Below are positions 30,868 to 39,711 of a DNA stretch of 64,000 nucleotides, piece after piece. Made by a program: the position numbers and the translations under genes. Where the stretch lies: the sequence record PQ015378.1. One strand, given 5' to 3'. The notes beneath the pieces were generated by a model that had not been told where the DNA came from, did not search any database, and worked only from the letters and a program-made list of their open reading frames with translations. Position 1 is the first letter of the stretch; each line of letters opens with the position of its first letter.

Positions 30868-30900
30868 GGCATAACGGGAGCCCGAAGGCTCCCTTTATGT
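30868..30900. terminator. Hairpin of the CATAA/TTATG family
   Basis: ggcataac-GGGAGCC-cgaa-GGCTCCC-tttatgt. Confidence 0.7.
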
Positions 30901-30917
30901 TGTGTGGAGGATTTATC

Positions 30918-31196
30918 ATGAACAGAGAACTCACCCGGTGGATGAACTCGAACGAACAAGTTCACTACACTGAAGAAGAAATTGATCAGTTGGTCAACAA
31001 GCCACCTGACCCGCAATATGCAAAGGTTTACATCGTTGCTAACGAAACCTCTGAAGGCGGACTGAAGACGTTGATCTCAACCACGGACTTACCTACCGAT
31101 CCTAAAGAAGGAGACACGTACCAAGTACGCGATGTCTGCTGGACTTGGGCTAACGGACGGTGGATGTCGGTTGATGGTTTGTACGGTCACGTATGA
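30918..31196 (+). CDS. Hypothetical protein (92 aa)
   Basis: SD GGAGG; ends in an LP.DP..GDTY.V...W.W.NG.W motif seen in phage tail proteins. Confidence 0.7.
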   Translation: MNRELTRWMNSNEQVHYTEEEIDQLVNKPPDPQYAKVYIVANETSEGGLKTLISTTDLPTDPKEGDTYQVRDVCWTWANGRWMSVDGLYGHV

Positions 31197-31221
31197 GTTC
31201 CCTTCGGGGAGCTCTTATGCC
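31195..31221 (+). terminator. Hairpin terminator
   Basis: GAGTTCCC-ttcg-GGGAGCTC-ttatgcc. Confidence 0.75.
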
Positions 31222-31243
31222 GTTACTCTAAGAAATCTCAGAT

Positions 31244-31259
31244 CTATATCACTATCATG
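31244..31259 (+). promoter_or_regulatory. Putative early promoter
   Basis: CTATATCAC-N5-TG; upstream ATCTCAGAT is shared with the 5709 promoter. Confidence 0.7.
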
Positions 31260-31290
31260 CATTAACACAATCACCCAAAAGGATCTAAAC

Positions 31291-32208
31291 ATGAAATTGC
31301 AATTGAACGCTATCCGTGCTCTCGTTGACGCAGTTATCGGCGGTACTCCTGTTGACGCCATCCCTCATCTCCATGCACCTTTCCGTAACTACGACTTCTC
31401 CGTGGTTACTCGCGAGTTCCCAGGCAACGCTGGCAATCGCCTGATCGACATCAAGATCCTCAACCGTGAGGACGAGTCGTACGCAGGTACAAAAGAACTG
31501 ATCGCCGAAGTCTTCTACATGGAAGGTACGCACCCAGGCAAGCTGGTCGAATGGCCTTTCAAGGAAATGTTGTTCAACCGCAGCTTCAACCGTGAAGATC
31601 TGGTGAAGTTCGGGGAGTTCTACGTCTTCCCGAAAAACATCAAGCTGGATACCGAAAAGGTCCTGGCGGCCCCGCTGTGGATTCCACCATCCCGTCGTCA
31701 ACCTGTTGGCCTGGCTCAGGCTTCGATCTTCCAGCAGCCTGGTTTCCAACAGATGTACCAAGGCCCAGGAAGCCCGTATCACCAACCAGGTTTCTTCCCG
31801 AACCCAGGTATGCCTGGCTACCAACCGCAGTTTCAACAACCATTCCAGCCGAACATGGGTCAGGTCAATGGAACAGATACCATGCGCGCGCACAACGACC
31901 AACGTCGCAAACAGATTGTGGCCAAGTGGGTCAACGAACACATGCAGGCTGAAGTTCGTTACATCGGTAAAGCGATCAACGACGTTCTGGGAGGCGCCGT
32001 ATCGGTTACCACTTGTGTCAGCGACTCGGAAGACAGCGATCTCATGCACCAAGGTCTGGGTTTCCAATGTCAAGTCGAAACCGAACTGAAGCCGCGCGAC
32101 ATGCCGACTCTCCAGAACTTCTTCAATGAGGCTGTGAAGGATACTGGCCTGCGCGTAGTGCTAGTGTTGAACAAGCCATACATCGTGATCACCATCTTCG
32201 TTATCTAA
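31291..32208 (+). CDS. Hypothetical two-domain protein with Gln/Pro/Gly/Phe-rich linker (305 aa)
   Basis: Start revised to ATG 31291 (SD AAGGA). Confidence 0.75.
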   Translation: MKLQLNAIRALVDAVIGGTPVDAIPHLHAPFRNYDFSVVTREFPGNAGNRLIDIKILNREDESYAGTKELIAEVFYMEGTHPGKLVEWPFKEMLFNRSFNREDLVKFGEFYVFPKNIKLDTEKVLAAPLWIPPSRRQPVGLAQASIFQQPGFQQMYQGPGSPYHQPGFFPNPGMPGYQPQFQQPFQPNMGQVNGTDTMRAHNDQRRKQIVAKWVNEHMQAEVRYIGKAINDVLGGAVSVTTCVSDSEDSDLMHQGLGFQCQVETELKPRDMPTLQNFFNEAVKDTGLRVVLVLNKPYIVITIFVI

Positions 32209-32218
32209 GGTGCCCCAT

Positions 32219-32713
32219 ATGCAAGCGTACTACATCGACAAGCCGTCCAAGCCAAACCCACGCAACGCAACCGACTACGGCCTGCGACACAACCGTGTTG
32301 CCTGGCTGATGGGTCGTTTCGCCAGCATCAAGCTGTCCCAGGGCATCATCTGGGAGGACCAGAAGAAACTGACCGATCTGATCGCAAGCGAATTCAATTC
32401 GGTCAAGCCGGTATTCGAGTGGCGCGGTATCCAATCGACCGAGCAGCTGTACCTCAGTATCGAGTTCGATGAAGTCGTGGTCATGTTGTCCAAGGGCTTC
32501 CGTGTAGGATATGACGAGGCTACCGACATCTATGGTGCTGCTGGCAATCGCTTCGAAGTTGAGGTCAACAAAACCAAAGAAGGCGTGTTCATCCAGAACA
32601 CCGACCAGGTCCTGAACGAGGAATGGTTCCTCAAGCTGGTGACTGTACTGATCCACGTCACCGGTCCTCTGACCGAACGCTGTCTGTTCCAGATCTGCCG
32701 CCCAACCGCGTAA
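32219..32713 (+). CDS. Hypothetical protein
   Basis: ATG 32219 after SD AAGGTG. Confidence 0.75.
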   Translation: MQAYYIDKPSKPNPRNATDYGLRHNRVAWLMGRFASIKLSQGIIWEDQKKLTDLIASEFNSVKPVFEWRGIQSTEQLYLSIEFDEVVVMLSKGFRVGYDEATDIYGAAGNRFEVEVNKTKEGVFIQNTDQVLNEEWFLKLVTVLIHVTGPLTERCLFQICRPTA

Positions 32714-32743
32714 CACCCCAACCCATTCAAGAGGAACACCGCA

Positions 32744-33166
32744 ATGACTGAAGCAACCAAAATCAAAGCCATCGCCGACATCGAAAAGTTCGGCCTGAAA
32801 GACACCATCACCCTCGCCGACACCGGTGTGTACACGATCCCGGTGGATCTGTTCGAGAAGCAAGTTCTGGAAGCGCATGGTGTTACTCCGGCAACCTTCA
32901 AGAAGATCGAAAACGATTCGATCCGCCTGGCCACTGCCGTAACCCTGCACTGTGGTCAACTGGCCACCGAGCACATGAAGAACAACCCGGACGCCATTGA
33001 GCTGGGCTTCAACTACAAGCAGGGTGAACTGACCACCGTCAGCGGCATCTTCAACCGTGATGCCAAAGACCACACCGTCATCGCCTTCGATGTCAAGTGC
33101 AAGACCGCGGACATGAAACGTGTCCTGGGTTTCCTGGGTGACGAGTTCGCAGCGATCAACTCGTAA
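32744..33166 (+). CDS. Hypothetical protein with strongly biased (highly expressed-type) codon usage
   Basis: 140 aa; SD GAGGA. Confidence 0.8.
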   Translation: MTEATKIKAIADIEKFGLKDTITLADTGVYTIPVDLFEKQVLEAHGVTPATFKKIENDSIRLATAVTLHCGQLATEHMKNNPDAIELGFNYKQGELTTVSGIFNRDAKDHTVIAFDVKCKTADMKRVLGFLGDEFAAINS

Positions 33167-33175
33167 GGGGTTTCA

Positions 33176-33415
33176 ATGGGCCAAGTCAAATTGACTCAGT
33201 TCGCTCTGAAGGGAGAGTTCGACTCTCCCATCCTGTTTGCCCTCAACCACATGGAGCATTGCGGTGCGTATACCGTGCATGCATGTCATCTGGGTTGGGC
33301 ATTCGATGCAGGCGAGCGTCTGATCAAGCGTTATCATCGTTCCTCCTATCAAGCTATTCACGTTAGCAAGAAAGAAGGTTCATCTCATCAGTTCGGTCCT
33401 ATCAGAAGGAAGTAA
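33176..33415 (+). CDS. Hypothetical protein
   Basis: SD AAGGGG; operon spacing. Confidence 0.6.
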   Translation: MGQVKLTQFALKGEFDSPILFALNHMEHCGAYTVHACHLGWAFDAGERLIKRYHRSSYQAIHVSKKEGSSHQFGPIRRK

Positions 33416-33417
33416 CC

Positions 33418-33603
33418 ATGTTCAATCCAGCACGTGTGCTCAAAGCCATCTTCGACCAACACGGTCCCCTGCTCATCGGTGGTGACGGTAAGTCGATGAA
33501 CACCGTACGCCTGGCGGCGATCGACCGCGTTCAACGCCGTATCGACAAAGGCGCTTACCAAAGTATCTACGTCACCGTTCTACCGAAAGCTCACGCCGAG
33601 TAA
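33418..33603 (+). CDS. Hypothetical protein
   Basis: 61 aa; coupled to neighbours. Confidence 0.65.
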   Translation: MFNPARVLKAIFDQHGPLLIGGDGKSMNTVRLAAIDRVQRRIDKGAYQSIYVTVLPKAHAE

Positions 33604-34055
33604 TGCATTTCGCAGATACGGGTGAAGCCGGACCCGCAGCTGAGGTGTTGCATAACTTCTTCGAGCGTGTCCGAGCTCAACGGAGAGCGGCGAAACGTCG
33701 CTCCAAGGGTATCGTGGATATCCGCGTAAGCTGGAAGCCAAAACGCTTGTACTTCCACAGTGCATGTGCTTCCAGTAAAAAGCCGGAGATCGAAGGCGTC
33801 TGGATGCTGAAGGGTCAAATCGATCTGATCCAGCAAACCGACAAAGTGTACACGCGAATGATCCAGCTCCCCGATGGGGTAAAGTGTGAACTGCGCGTGA
33901 TTACTCTCGGTCCCGACTCCGTGATGATCTCCATGCCAGGCTCCAGCTGGTTTGTGAACGGTCAAGTAGGAAAACGCAAAGATGGCGAAGAAGACTGCCC
34001 AAGCGATAATGTTTCGTGGGATCTTTACAAACCTGACGAACCATCTCCGCAATAA
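33603..34055 (+). CDS. Hypothetical protein
   Basis: TAATG overlap with the upstream gene. Confidence 0.65.
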   Translation: MHFADTGEAGPAAEVLHNFFERVRAQRRAAKRRSKGIVDIRVSWKPKRLYFHSACASSKKPEIEGVWMLKGQIDLIQQTDKVYTRMIQLPDGVKCELRVITLGPDSVMISMPGSSWFVNGQVGKRKDGEEDCPSDNVSWDLYKPDEPSPQ

Positions 34056-34827
34056 GCATAAGTCGAAGTCAGGGCGCGTCCGTCGGACGGTTAAAATGTC
34101 TGGTGGTCGTGAACTGGAAATCCGACTGAACGCTTATGGGTCTGGTTGGGTATTGGTGCGCACCACTGACGGCAAACGCAGAACGTTCATCTATGGCGAG
34201 GTCTGTTTCTATAACGGTCCTAGCATCTATGGCGCTGGCTTTGCTCGTGGTGCAAAACCCACCCAGCAGAAGATGTTCTCGATCCTCCGTAATACGGTGT
34301 ACGAAGCGTTCCCCGAACGTTGGCTCACCTCCCCCGAATGGCAACCGCCAGTCAAACCGATCAATGAAGTGCCCCTGGAAGGAACTGCTATGTCCGTCGA
34401 GTTCAACACCCCTGTAGAAAAATTGCTTCACAAGACCCGTGTGTTCCTGCGCAACCAAGCGGAGAAGAACAAAGCCGGTCGTATCCGCAAGTCGGTCAAA
34501 GGTGAAGGCTTCAAGCTGAAGATCGATCTGCAAACCGGTGGTGGTATCACCATCGAAGCAACCGGTGGTGAGCGTGATTGCTTCAACATCTTCGCCTTCC
34601 ACAACGGCAAAGATCACCTGGCATTCAACGGCAGCTCGCGTTACGACTCGGTGTCCGGTTCTCAAACAAAACCGATGCGCGATCGTGAGATCCACTACCT
34701 GCTCCGCACCTGGCTGAAAGCTGGCCTGGGTGCAGACTGGTCCGCCCTGCGTGCACCACTGCGCAAGACCGAAACCAAACGCGCTAAGATTATCAAAGGC
34801 GAGAACTACAGGGTTTCACCGGTATAA
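33982..34827 (+). CDS. Basic hypothetical protein made of two tandem copies of one domain
   Basis: LRNKHKSKSGRVRRTVK vs LRNQAEKNKAGRIRKSVK; start 33982 or 34009. Confidence 0.7.
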   Translation: MAKKTAQAIMFRGIFTNLTNHLRNKHKSKSGRVRRTVKMSGGRELEIRLNAYGSGWVLVRTTDGKRRTFIYGEVCFYNGPSIYGAGFARGAKPTQQKMFSILRNTVYEAFPERWLTSPEWQPPVKPINEVPLEGTAMSVEFNTPVEKLLHKTRVFLRNQAEKNKAGRIRKSVKGEGFKLKIDLQTGGGITIEATGGERDCFNIFAFHNGKDHLAFNGSSRYDSVSGSQTKPMRDREIHYLLRTWLKAGLGADWSALRAPLRKTETKRAKIIKGENYRVSPV

Positions 34828-34875
34828 GAAAAAGTACCTACTCCGATAATGGAATAGGGACACTGCTGTAAAGCG

Positions 34876-34910
34876 TGAGCCCTTCGGGGCTCATCGCTCA
34901 TTTCTTTTTT
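34876..34910 (+). terminator. Hairpin terminator
   Basis: TGAGCCC-ttcg-GGGCTCA, then a T-rich tract. Confidence 0.7.
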
Positions 34911-34928
34911 ATTCAAGAGGCTTCTCCA

Positions 34929-35954
34929 ATGACACAAGAAATCCCATTCGTCGCTCCATTCATCGTTCTCGAAGGTGACGAGGGTTGCGGTAAAGGTACC
35001 GTGGCAAAAGCAATCGTCGAGCGTCTGCAGGCGAAAGGTATTGAAGTCGTTCACACCCGTGAACCCGGTGGTACCGAGTTCGGTGAACTGCTGCGCAAAG
35101 AACTGCTGCTGAAACGCGAAGAGCCTCTGGAACGCGCTACACATGTACTGCTGCACCAAGCCTACCGCAAAGAGCACATCGAAAAGATCATCATGCCTTC
35201 GATCACATCCGGCAAAGTCGTGATCTGCGAACGCTTCTTCATGTCGACCCTGGCACTGAACGTCATCCCGTACAACCAATCCAACCCAGAACTGTACGAG
35301 CTGTTCATGGGTACGATGAACGCCGTCGGCGGTACTGTGATCGAACCGGTCACCTTCATCCTGGACGTTCCGGAAGACATCCGCCAACTGCGTCTGATCG
35401 GTCGTGAACTAGATCACTACGAGTCCCGTACTCCACGTGAACTGGCCGCTACCTCCGAAGCGTACAAAATGTTCCACCGTCACCCGACTTCGATCGTTCT
35501 GGACGGTTCCAAGTCCCCTGCTGATCTGGCAGACCACATCGTCGCTCAGATCGAAGCACAGATCGCTCAGTCCAAAGCTGCCGCTGCTTCGTTCGCTGAA
35601 CAAGAAGCCGCCTGCTCTGTCAACCCAACAGCCGAAGCTGCTCCAGTCGTGGAAGAAGCTCCGGTGGAAGAGAAACCATTCGACCTGGTTGCTGAAGTCG
35701 AAGGCTTCCTGGACGAACACCTGGTTGCTGCGCTGTTCAACGGCGATGCCGAAGCCTGCACCGCAATGCGTCCGATCGCCAAATCGTATGTGCTGAGCAT
35801 CTACGGCCAAGCCAACGACCCTGCCATCTTCCAAGGTCGCAACCGCGAACAACTGCGTGTCGGTCTGCACAGCATCTTCTACTACGGTTACCAGCTCGAC
35901 CTGCTGCGTGACAAGCTCAACGCCGAAACCCCATCCCCAGTCGCTGCCGAATAA
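34929..35954 (+). CDS. tmk: Thymidylate kinase with C-terminal extension
   Basis: FIVLEGDEGCGKGT P-loop, TREPGGT, VVICERF; start revised to 34929 (SD GAGG). Confidence 0.9.
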   Translation: MTQEIPFVAPFIVLEGDEGCGKGTVAKAIVERLQAKGIEVVHTREPGGTEFGELLRKELLLKREEPLERATHVLLHQAYRKEHIEKIIMPSITSGKVVICERFFMSTLALNVIPYNQSNPELYELFMGTMNAVGGTVIEPVTFILDVPEDIRQLRLIGRELDHYESRTPRELAATSEAYKMFHRHPTSIVLDGSKSPADLADHIVAQIEAQIAQSKAAAASFAEQEAACSVNPTAEAAPVVEEAPVEEKPFDLVAEVEGFLDEHLVAALFNGDAEACTAMRPIAKSYVLSIYGQANDPAIFQGRNREQLRVGLHSIFYYGYQLDLLRDKLNAETPSPVAAE

Positions 35955-35963
35955 AGGTAAAAC

Positions 35964-36221
35964 ATGCAAGCGAAAGTAACTGTACGTGTGCCCGCTCACA
36001 CACTCGTCGATCTGAATGACTACGTTGGTCGTCAGTTCGGTATCAAACGGCATGGTGCCGAAGTCATCGTCAAACTCGATAAGGTCACCAACCGTGACGT
36101 ACAACTGTCTTACGCCAAGTCAGAACGCGAAGACAAGTTCACAGTGTCACAAGCGAAGTTCCGCAAGTTCTACAGCTTGCTTACCTCGGCAAAGGTGGAG
36201 GCTTCAGTAGAAGAAAACTGA
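35964..36221 (+). CDS. Hypothetical protein
   Basis: SD AAGGT; 85 aa. Confidence 0.75.
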   Translation: MQAKVTVRVPAHTLVDLNDYVGRQFGIKRHGAEVIVKLDKVTNRDVQLSYAKSEREDKFTVSQAKFRKFYSLLTSAKVEASVEEN

Positions 36222-36239
36222 GGTCTACATCATCGTAGT

Positions 36240-36270
36240 ACATAACGCCTCCCTTCGGGGAGGCTTTATT
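36240..36270 (+). terminator. Hairpin terminator
   Basis: acataac-GCCTCCC-ttcg-GGGAGGC-tttatt. Confidence 0.75.
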
Positions 36271-36285
36271 TCGTCAGGAGAAATC

Positions 36286-36504
36286 ATGCCTCTGATTCGT
36301 GGTGAACTCATCGAAGTTCCATCGGGTGACGCAATCGCTACACACGTGGCTGGCCGGTTCGTTACGGTGGCTACAGTCAACCCACCAACTGCACAGCTGT
36401 TCGATAAGTTGTGGCAATGTGGATACAAGCTAATTCATCCCGCTGTAGATAAAGCCCCTGGTCCTAAGGGCATGTCCTACTTCCTCACATTCAAGGAGCG
36501 TTAA
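36286..36504 (+). CDS. Hypothetical protein
   Basis: SD AGGAG. Confidence 0.7.
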   Translation: MPLIRGELIEVPSGDAIATHVAGRFVTVATVNPPTAQLFDKLWQCGYKLIHPAVDKAPGPKGMSYFLTFKER

Positions 36505-36930
36505 ATGAGACTGTCTAAATCTTTCCACCAATCGTACTTCCAAGCGGTAATCGATTCGCTGGAGAAACTTGTCAACGCAGATACCCGTGACCAAGAAGTA
36601 ATGAGTAAGCTGGTGAGCGATGGTTACTCGATCTATGCCAACGACAGAGAGGCTGGTGGTTTTCGTTACGTGCGCATGCGTGCGCGTTTGAACAATAATG
36701 GCACCGTACTGGAATGTGAATCGAGCTGCCCTGCCGATGCACGGTTGCCAGTCCTGTTGAAAGTAGTGGGGCAAGAACATCCGGCTGAACAACTGGCCTA
36801 CGACATCTACAACTGGCTGTGTCTCACCGACGGTAATGTGATGTACATGCCTGAGAACGGTTCCCTTCCTGCCTTCTACGTCGAACGTAAAGAAGGCGCT
36901 TCATACATTCGGAGAGCAACTGATGTATAA
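36505..36930 (+). CDS. Hypothetical protein
   Basis: SD AAGGAG. Confidence 0.7.
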   Translation: MRLSKSFHQSYFQAVIDSLEKLVNADTRDQEVMSKLVSDGYSIYANDREAGGFRYVRMRARLNNNGTVLECESSCPADARLPVLLKVVGQEHPAEQLAYDIYNWLCLTDGNVMYMPENGSLPAFYVERKEGASYIRRATDV

Positions 36931-37606
36931 GCTGATTCGTTACCTCGGTCTGGCCATGATCATGTTGGGCCTGGTCATCATCACGGCAAACGCACACGCT
37001 GAACCTGTACGCTATTACAGTACCCCGGTGTTCTACGGCAAGTACACTCCAAAGATCGCTCACTGCACTGTCGACGTTCCTGCACGCTACGGCTTCTGTG
37101 GTTGGCCCCTGTACGCCGAAGAAGGTGAAGTCGGTGTCACGGGTACCAATGGTCCTGAAGGCGTGTTCACGCGTCTATACGACGAAGTGATCTGCCTGGG
37201 CGATATCTGTGAAACCAACTACAGTGAACCTCGTGGATCGATTGAATCCGAAGGTGTAACGTACTGGTACGTGCCAAAGGGTTTCTACCTGGCCACAATC
37301 GCTGGTAAAGTAACTGCTGTGAAATACGGTAATGGTCCCCTCGCTCGGAACTATCCGATTCGTGACGTGATCATCCCGAAAGGTTCCACTGATTGGCCCG
37401 ATGGTCAGTTCATCCCGGTGGAGGATGACAAGACTTATCGCGTCTGGTGTAACGAAGCACGCGAATGTTCCTACATGTCCCGTGTAATGGAATACTCGAA
37501 ACTGAAACAATATATACCACCCGTCCTCACGATCAAATGTGACAGCTTGTTCTGCTACGATGACCGTGATCGTATTGTCGGCACCAACCCCAAAACGCCC
37601 TATTGA
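36923..37606 (+). CDS. Exported Cys/Tyr-rich protein
   Basis: N-terminal hydrophobic signal ending in an AHA cleavage motif; 8 Cys. Confidence 0.7.
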   Translation: MYKLIRYLGLAMIMLGLVIITANAHAEPVRYYSTPVFYGKYTPKIAHCTVDVPARYGFCGWPLYAEEGEVGVTGTNGPEGVFTRLYDEVICLGDICETNYSEPRGSIESEGVTYWYVPKGFYLATIAGKVTAVKYGNGPLARNYPIRDVIIPKGSTDWPDGQFIPVEDDKTYRVWCNEARECSYMSRVMEYSKLKQYIPPVLTIKCDSLFCYDDRDRIVGTNPKTPY

Positions 37607-37614
37607 GAGATACC

Positions 37615-37932
37615 ATGGAACTCGTTCCTTACCTTGAGTTGTTCTTCCTTCTGCTGATTGGTACAGCATTCGCCCATCGTCTGTTCGGACGACTGGATTC
37701 CGTAACCCCGAGCTGGGATGTGATTCACTACGGATTGCTCTCGGCTCTTCCTGTGTATGTAGTAACGAGTTCTGTGGCGTTGTCTCTGGCTGAGTTTGCA
37801 GCTACTTCGGTTGTCCGTTTCTTCGTGGGTGTACGCCTGCTGGACGAATCGAAAGCTCTGTGGATTGGCCTGGTGTTTAAAGCGCTGTGGGTAGCGTTGC
37901 TGGCATTCGAAATCCCCATCCTGATGGAATGA
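37615..37932 (+). CDS. Membrane protein (about 3 TM helices)
   Basis: 105 aa, hydrophobic. Confidence 0.7.
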   Translation: MELVPYLELFFLLLIGTAFAHRLFGRLDSVTPSWDVIHYGLLSALPVYVVTSSVALSLAEFAATSVVRFFVGVRLLDESKALWIGLVFKALWVALLAFEIPILME

Positions 37933-37964
37933 CATAAACGCCTCCCTTCGGGGAGGCTTTATGC
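37931..37964 (+). terminator. Hairpin terminator
   Basis: gacataaac-GCCTCCC-ttcg-GGGAGGC-tttatgc, then a T run. Confidence 0.8.
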
Positions 37965-38018
37965 TATATTTTTTTTTCGTGTTCAATGAAATGTAGTATC
38001 GGCCCCATAGGAGGGGGT

Positions 38019-38501
38019 ATGGTAATTTCGCATAGTACCGTAACAGAGATCGACGAGCAAACGCTTCGTGGATTACCAATAGGGTATTACGGAAGAGCAG
38101 ACGATCTGTCAGTTGTTCCGAGAATGCTGGGTGATTGGAATATTCGCACTGTAGGTGACACTCGTTCTCCAGGGAACGGGTACATTGTCGCCGTACCATC
38201 TAACTCACGGACACGACTTATTTACACGGAAGGACGAATCACTTGGTTGGTAGCACTGGGGTTCGATAGAGCCTTAGCAGAACGTTATCTCAAAGCTAGT
38301 GCAGTCGTAAGTCGTAAGTGGGATCACGAGGTAGCCTTGTTCGTTTTGAATAACATCAAGATAGACGGGTTTGTATTGGATACGATGCTCTACTCGAACA
38401 ACCCAAAAAAGGTTGGTGAACAGTATGACATTTATACTCGTAGCTCCCGTGGGAAGGTTCTGGCTGGATGCCAAATATTGAAGAATCTACTCGCAACTTA
38501 A
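38019..38501 (+). CDS. Hypothetical protein (160 aa)
   Basis: SD GGAGG; AT-richer codon usage; AATGTAG motif upstream at ~37990. Confidence 0.7.
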   Translation: MVISHSTVTEIDEQTLRGLPIGYYGRADDLSVVPRMLGDWNIRTVGDTRSPGNGYIVAVPSNSRTRLIYTEGRITWLVALGFDRALAERYLKASAVVSRKWDHEVALFVLNNIKIDGFVLDTMLYSNNPKKVGEQYDIYTRSSRGKVLAGCQILKNLLAT

Positions 38502-38504
38502 ACG

Positions 38505-38528
38505 TCCTCCCTTCGGGGAGGATTTTTT
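38505..38528 (+). terminator. Intrinsic terminator
   Basis: TCCTCCC-ttcg-GGGAGGA-tttttt. Confidence 0.8.
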
Positions 38529-38566
38529 GCCCCAATTAGTATGATTTAATCAAGAGAGCTACTTCC

Positions 38567-39016
38567 ATGTCAATCTTCTTCCTCGACTGTGAATTCTGTG
38601 ACATCGCACGTAAGATCATCTCCTTTGCACTAGTGAGTGAAGATGGTCAACGTGAGTTCTATGAAGTAGTGGAGCATGATCGCCCTAAAGATGAGTGGGT
38701 GGTCCAAAACGTTATTCCGATTCTGGATAAACCACCACTACCTCTCGATGTCGTGCAAGACAAACTGAAAACGTTCGTTAGCCAGTTCCCTGGTATGACC
38801 ATCATCTCCGATCATATTAACGACGTGTTCTATTTCGCTCAAGTGCTTGACCAGCGACAAGGTAAGTGGGTGATGATCCAACCACTTAACTTTATTGTTG
38901 ATGACGAGCTGTCAGCGAAGAAATCAAAAAAGCTTCACAACGCCCTTTTCGACGCGCGCGCTGTCCGTGACAGTTACCGTAAGAAAGAAGGGTTGGACCC
39001 ACTACCATTCGGATAA
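38567..39016 (+). CDS. DEDD-family 3'-5' exonuclease (RNase AS/DUF5051-like)
   Basis: FFLDCEF (ExoI), D..NDV (ExoII), HNALFDA (ExoIII). Confidence 0.75.
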   Translation: MSIFFLDCEFCDIARKIISFALVSEDGQREFYEVVEHDRPKDEWVVQNVIPILDKPPLPLDVVQDKLKTFVSQFPGMTIISDHINDVFYFAQVLDQRQGKWVMIQPLNFIVDDELSAKKSKKLHNALFDARAVRDSYRKKEGLDPLPFG

Positions 39017-39021
39017 CCCCC

Positions 39022-39675
39022 ATGAGCAAGAACTACAACCGCATGACTGCTCGTCCCAACCGCAAGAACCGTCCTGAGACGTTACTGCGTTTGCTGATGT
39101 CCACGTCATACCCACACTCGTCACTCGCTGACTTGATGTTCGCTTTCTCGAAACACTCCGGTCCAGAAGACGCAGATGAACTGGAAAGCATTGCCGACCA
39201 GATGACCAACGTCGAACGCCAATTCGGCATGACCGATTTCATTCGTTCTATCGAGATCCTCCGTAACAAGGAACAAGTCACCCTGGTGCTGCGTGCACTG
39301 GACTTCGATCCTTCGGTTCGTGAGATCGTGGATAACAACAAGACCCACATCGAACTGGCTCGTGTTGCATTCCACCTGGAAGATGCTGAAGCGAAACTGA
39401 CTGACCTGGATGGGTTGTCAGAACTGCTGATCCAGATGTTCCGCAAAGCCCAGAACGAAAACCCGAAACAAGATCGTATCTGGCGACTGCGTCAACGTCC
39501 TACTCAGAAAGGCAATGCCAAACTGGGTAACACCGATATTCCTGCTGTAGAAGAGCAGATCGATACCAACACCGCTAAAGCTCTCATCACCACATCTTTG
39601 AGCAAGTCCCGGTTCCACATTGTGTTGACCCACAACACTGTGTTGCTGTTCGATCAACAACGCAGCATGAAATGA
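39022..39675 (+). CDS. Hypothetical protein
   Basis: 217 aa, typical codon usage. Confidence 0.75.
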   Translation: MSKNYNRMTARPNRKNRPETLLRLLMSTSYPHSSLADLMFAFSKHSGPEDADELESIADQMTNVERQFGMTDFIRSIEILRNKEQVTLVLRALDFDPSVREIVDNNKTHIELARVAFHLEDAEAKLTDLDGLSELLIQMFRKAQNENPKQDRIWRLRQRPTQKGNAKLGNTDIPAVEEQIDTNTAKALITTSLSKSRFHIVLTHNTVLLFDQQRSMK

Positions 39676-39710
39676 CATAATAGCCTCTCCCTAGGGAGAG
39701 GCGTTATGTC
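39674..39710. terminator. Bidirectional terminator; perfect 20-bp palindrome
   Basis: gacataata-GCCTCTCCCTAGGGAGAGGC-gttatgtc between convergent genes. Confidence 0.8.
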
Positions 39711-39711
39711 G

